NCBI GenBank assembly: GCA_038087875.1 | Contig: CM075992.1 | Location: forward strand, 4,218,001-4,282,000 | Length of the DNA stretch: 64,000 nt | Direction: 5' to 3' | DNA from: Malacoraja senta | Taxonomy: Eukaryota | Shown: positions 62,809 to 64,000 of the stretch, one piece after another | Layout of the letters: every line of letters begins with the position of its first letter | Position numbering within the stretch: the first letter of the stretch is position 1 | Position numbers and translations under genes: made by a program | Notes under the pieces: generated by a model | Told to the model about the DNA's origin: nothing | Database searches by the model: none | Seen by the model: only the letters and a program-made list of their open reading frames with translations

Positions 62809-64000
62809 AGAGATTTTTCTCCAGAGATGTTGCCTGACCCGCTGAGTTACTCCAGCACTTTGTGTCTATCTTCAAGTCAAGTTGACATCATTGTTGGATG
62901 TATACGTAGGTGAGGTACAAATACATTGAAAAGCTTGCCTTTGGCAGCATCATGGGCACATAAGCAACATGCAAAAACATAAATCGTACATAAATCGCAC
63001 ATAAGTTCAAAAAGATAATGGAAAATTACTGGTAAAAAAAAAAAGACAATATTGCAAAAATGCACAATAAGAAAACAAGTCCATGATAGTGCAAGAGGTA
63101 GTCCGTAGTGTTCTGTTGCCAAGATAGAAACATAGAAAATTGGTGCAGGAGTAGGCCATTCAGCCCTTTGAGCCAGCACTGCCATTCAATATGATCATGG
63201 CTGATCATCCAAAATCAGTACCTCGTTCCTGCTGTCTCCCCCATATCTCTTGATTCCGTTAGCCCTAAGAGCTATATCAAACTCTCTTTTTGAAAGCATC
63301 CAGTGAATTGGCCTCCACTGCCTTCTGTGGCAGAGAATAAAACAGATTCGCAAAGTTTTTCCTCATCTCAGTCCTAAATGGCTGAGTTCTGGCCTAGGGT
63401 AGTGCAGGATGAGGGTTGTGTAGGTCGGATCAAGAACCTGGTGGTTACCGCAACACTGACGCAAAATTTTGCACAGATTCTAAACCAACATAAGCGACGG
63501 AAGAGTACAGAAGTTATTAGCTGTCTAATTCTTTTTAAAGTTAGCGTAGCTACATATTAAATTATGATTAGTTCCATGCAATATCTTCCAACAGGAAGGA
63601 GAAGATGCAAAATATCGCAAAGGAAACAACAGAGGAAACAATATAATACAAATCATTTCTGTGGGGCTCCTTTCCTTCCCGATGTTTATTCTACTGCAGA
63701 GTTATTTTAACTTATCACAAACTAATGAAAAGTTGCAGATAAGTTTATGGACATTAGATAACATTCCTCCTTTGAACTCTACACAACTATAATCTTTCTA
63801 ATCAAATACAATGTGGCATACAGTTAGGGTCCAGAATCAATATGCTTTCATGATGGTAGCTTGCTCGATACACACAACCTTATGTCAGGTATTCTTAGCA
63901 GGTTTGGAAGCCTGTGGGCATCTATCACTTGTCTAGGGAGGAACTGCAGATGCTGGTTTAAACTGAAGATAGACACAAAATGCTGGAGTAACTCAGTTGG

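Noticed and set aside
1..64000. Most of the 60-170 aa ORFs in the track (MECGRKP..., MLEKLSG..., MIMADHP... types)
   Set aside because: They recur because they are chance frames through SINE, mini-PLE and CR1 copies or their antisense strands, not host genes

Overview
Repeat-rich vertebrate genomic DNA, most likely a cartilaginous fish (shark, skate or ray), inferred from abundant HE1-type V-SINEs sharing their 3' tail with CR1-type LINEs. One host gene is supported: a complete 8-exon, divergent type I keratin on the minus strand (CDS 31089 to 20182, 425 aa, all GT-AG introns). The rest is transposon-derived: tRNA/V-SINEs; CR1, L2, Rex1/Babar, L1-like and RTE pieces; Penelope-like elements (PLE); and MITEs. 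Most interesting: (1) two families of 140-180 bp TSD-flanked retroposons headed by a minimal HDV/CPEB3-like ribozyme fold; (2) many mini-PLE fold-back insertions with a minimal hammerhead motif, plus a 2.2 kb palindromic PLE insertion of the same design with a 17 bp TSD; (3) a gap-free 98 bp inverted repeat at 4541-4966 unlike other repeats here; (4) a MITE group sharing termini and a central palindrome but with subfamily-specific subterminal motifs. All alignments were done by eye, family names come from recognition rather than database search, and ribozyme activity is inferred, not shown.
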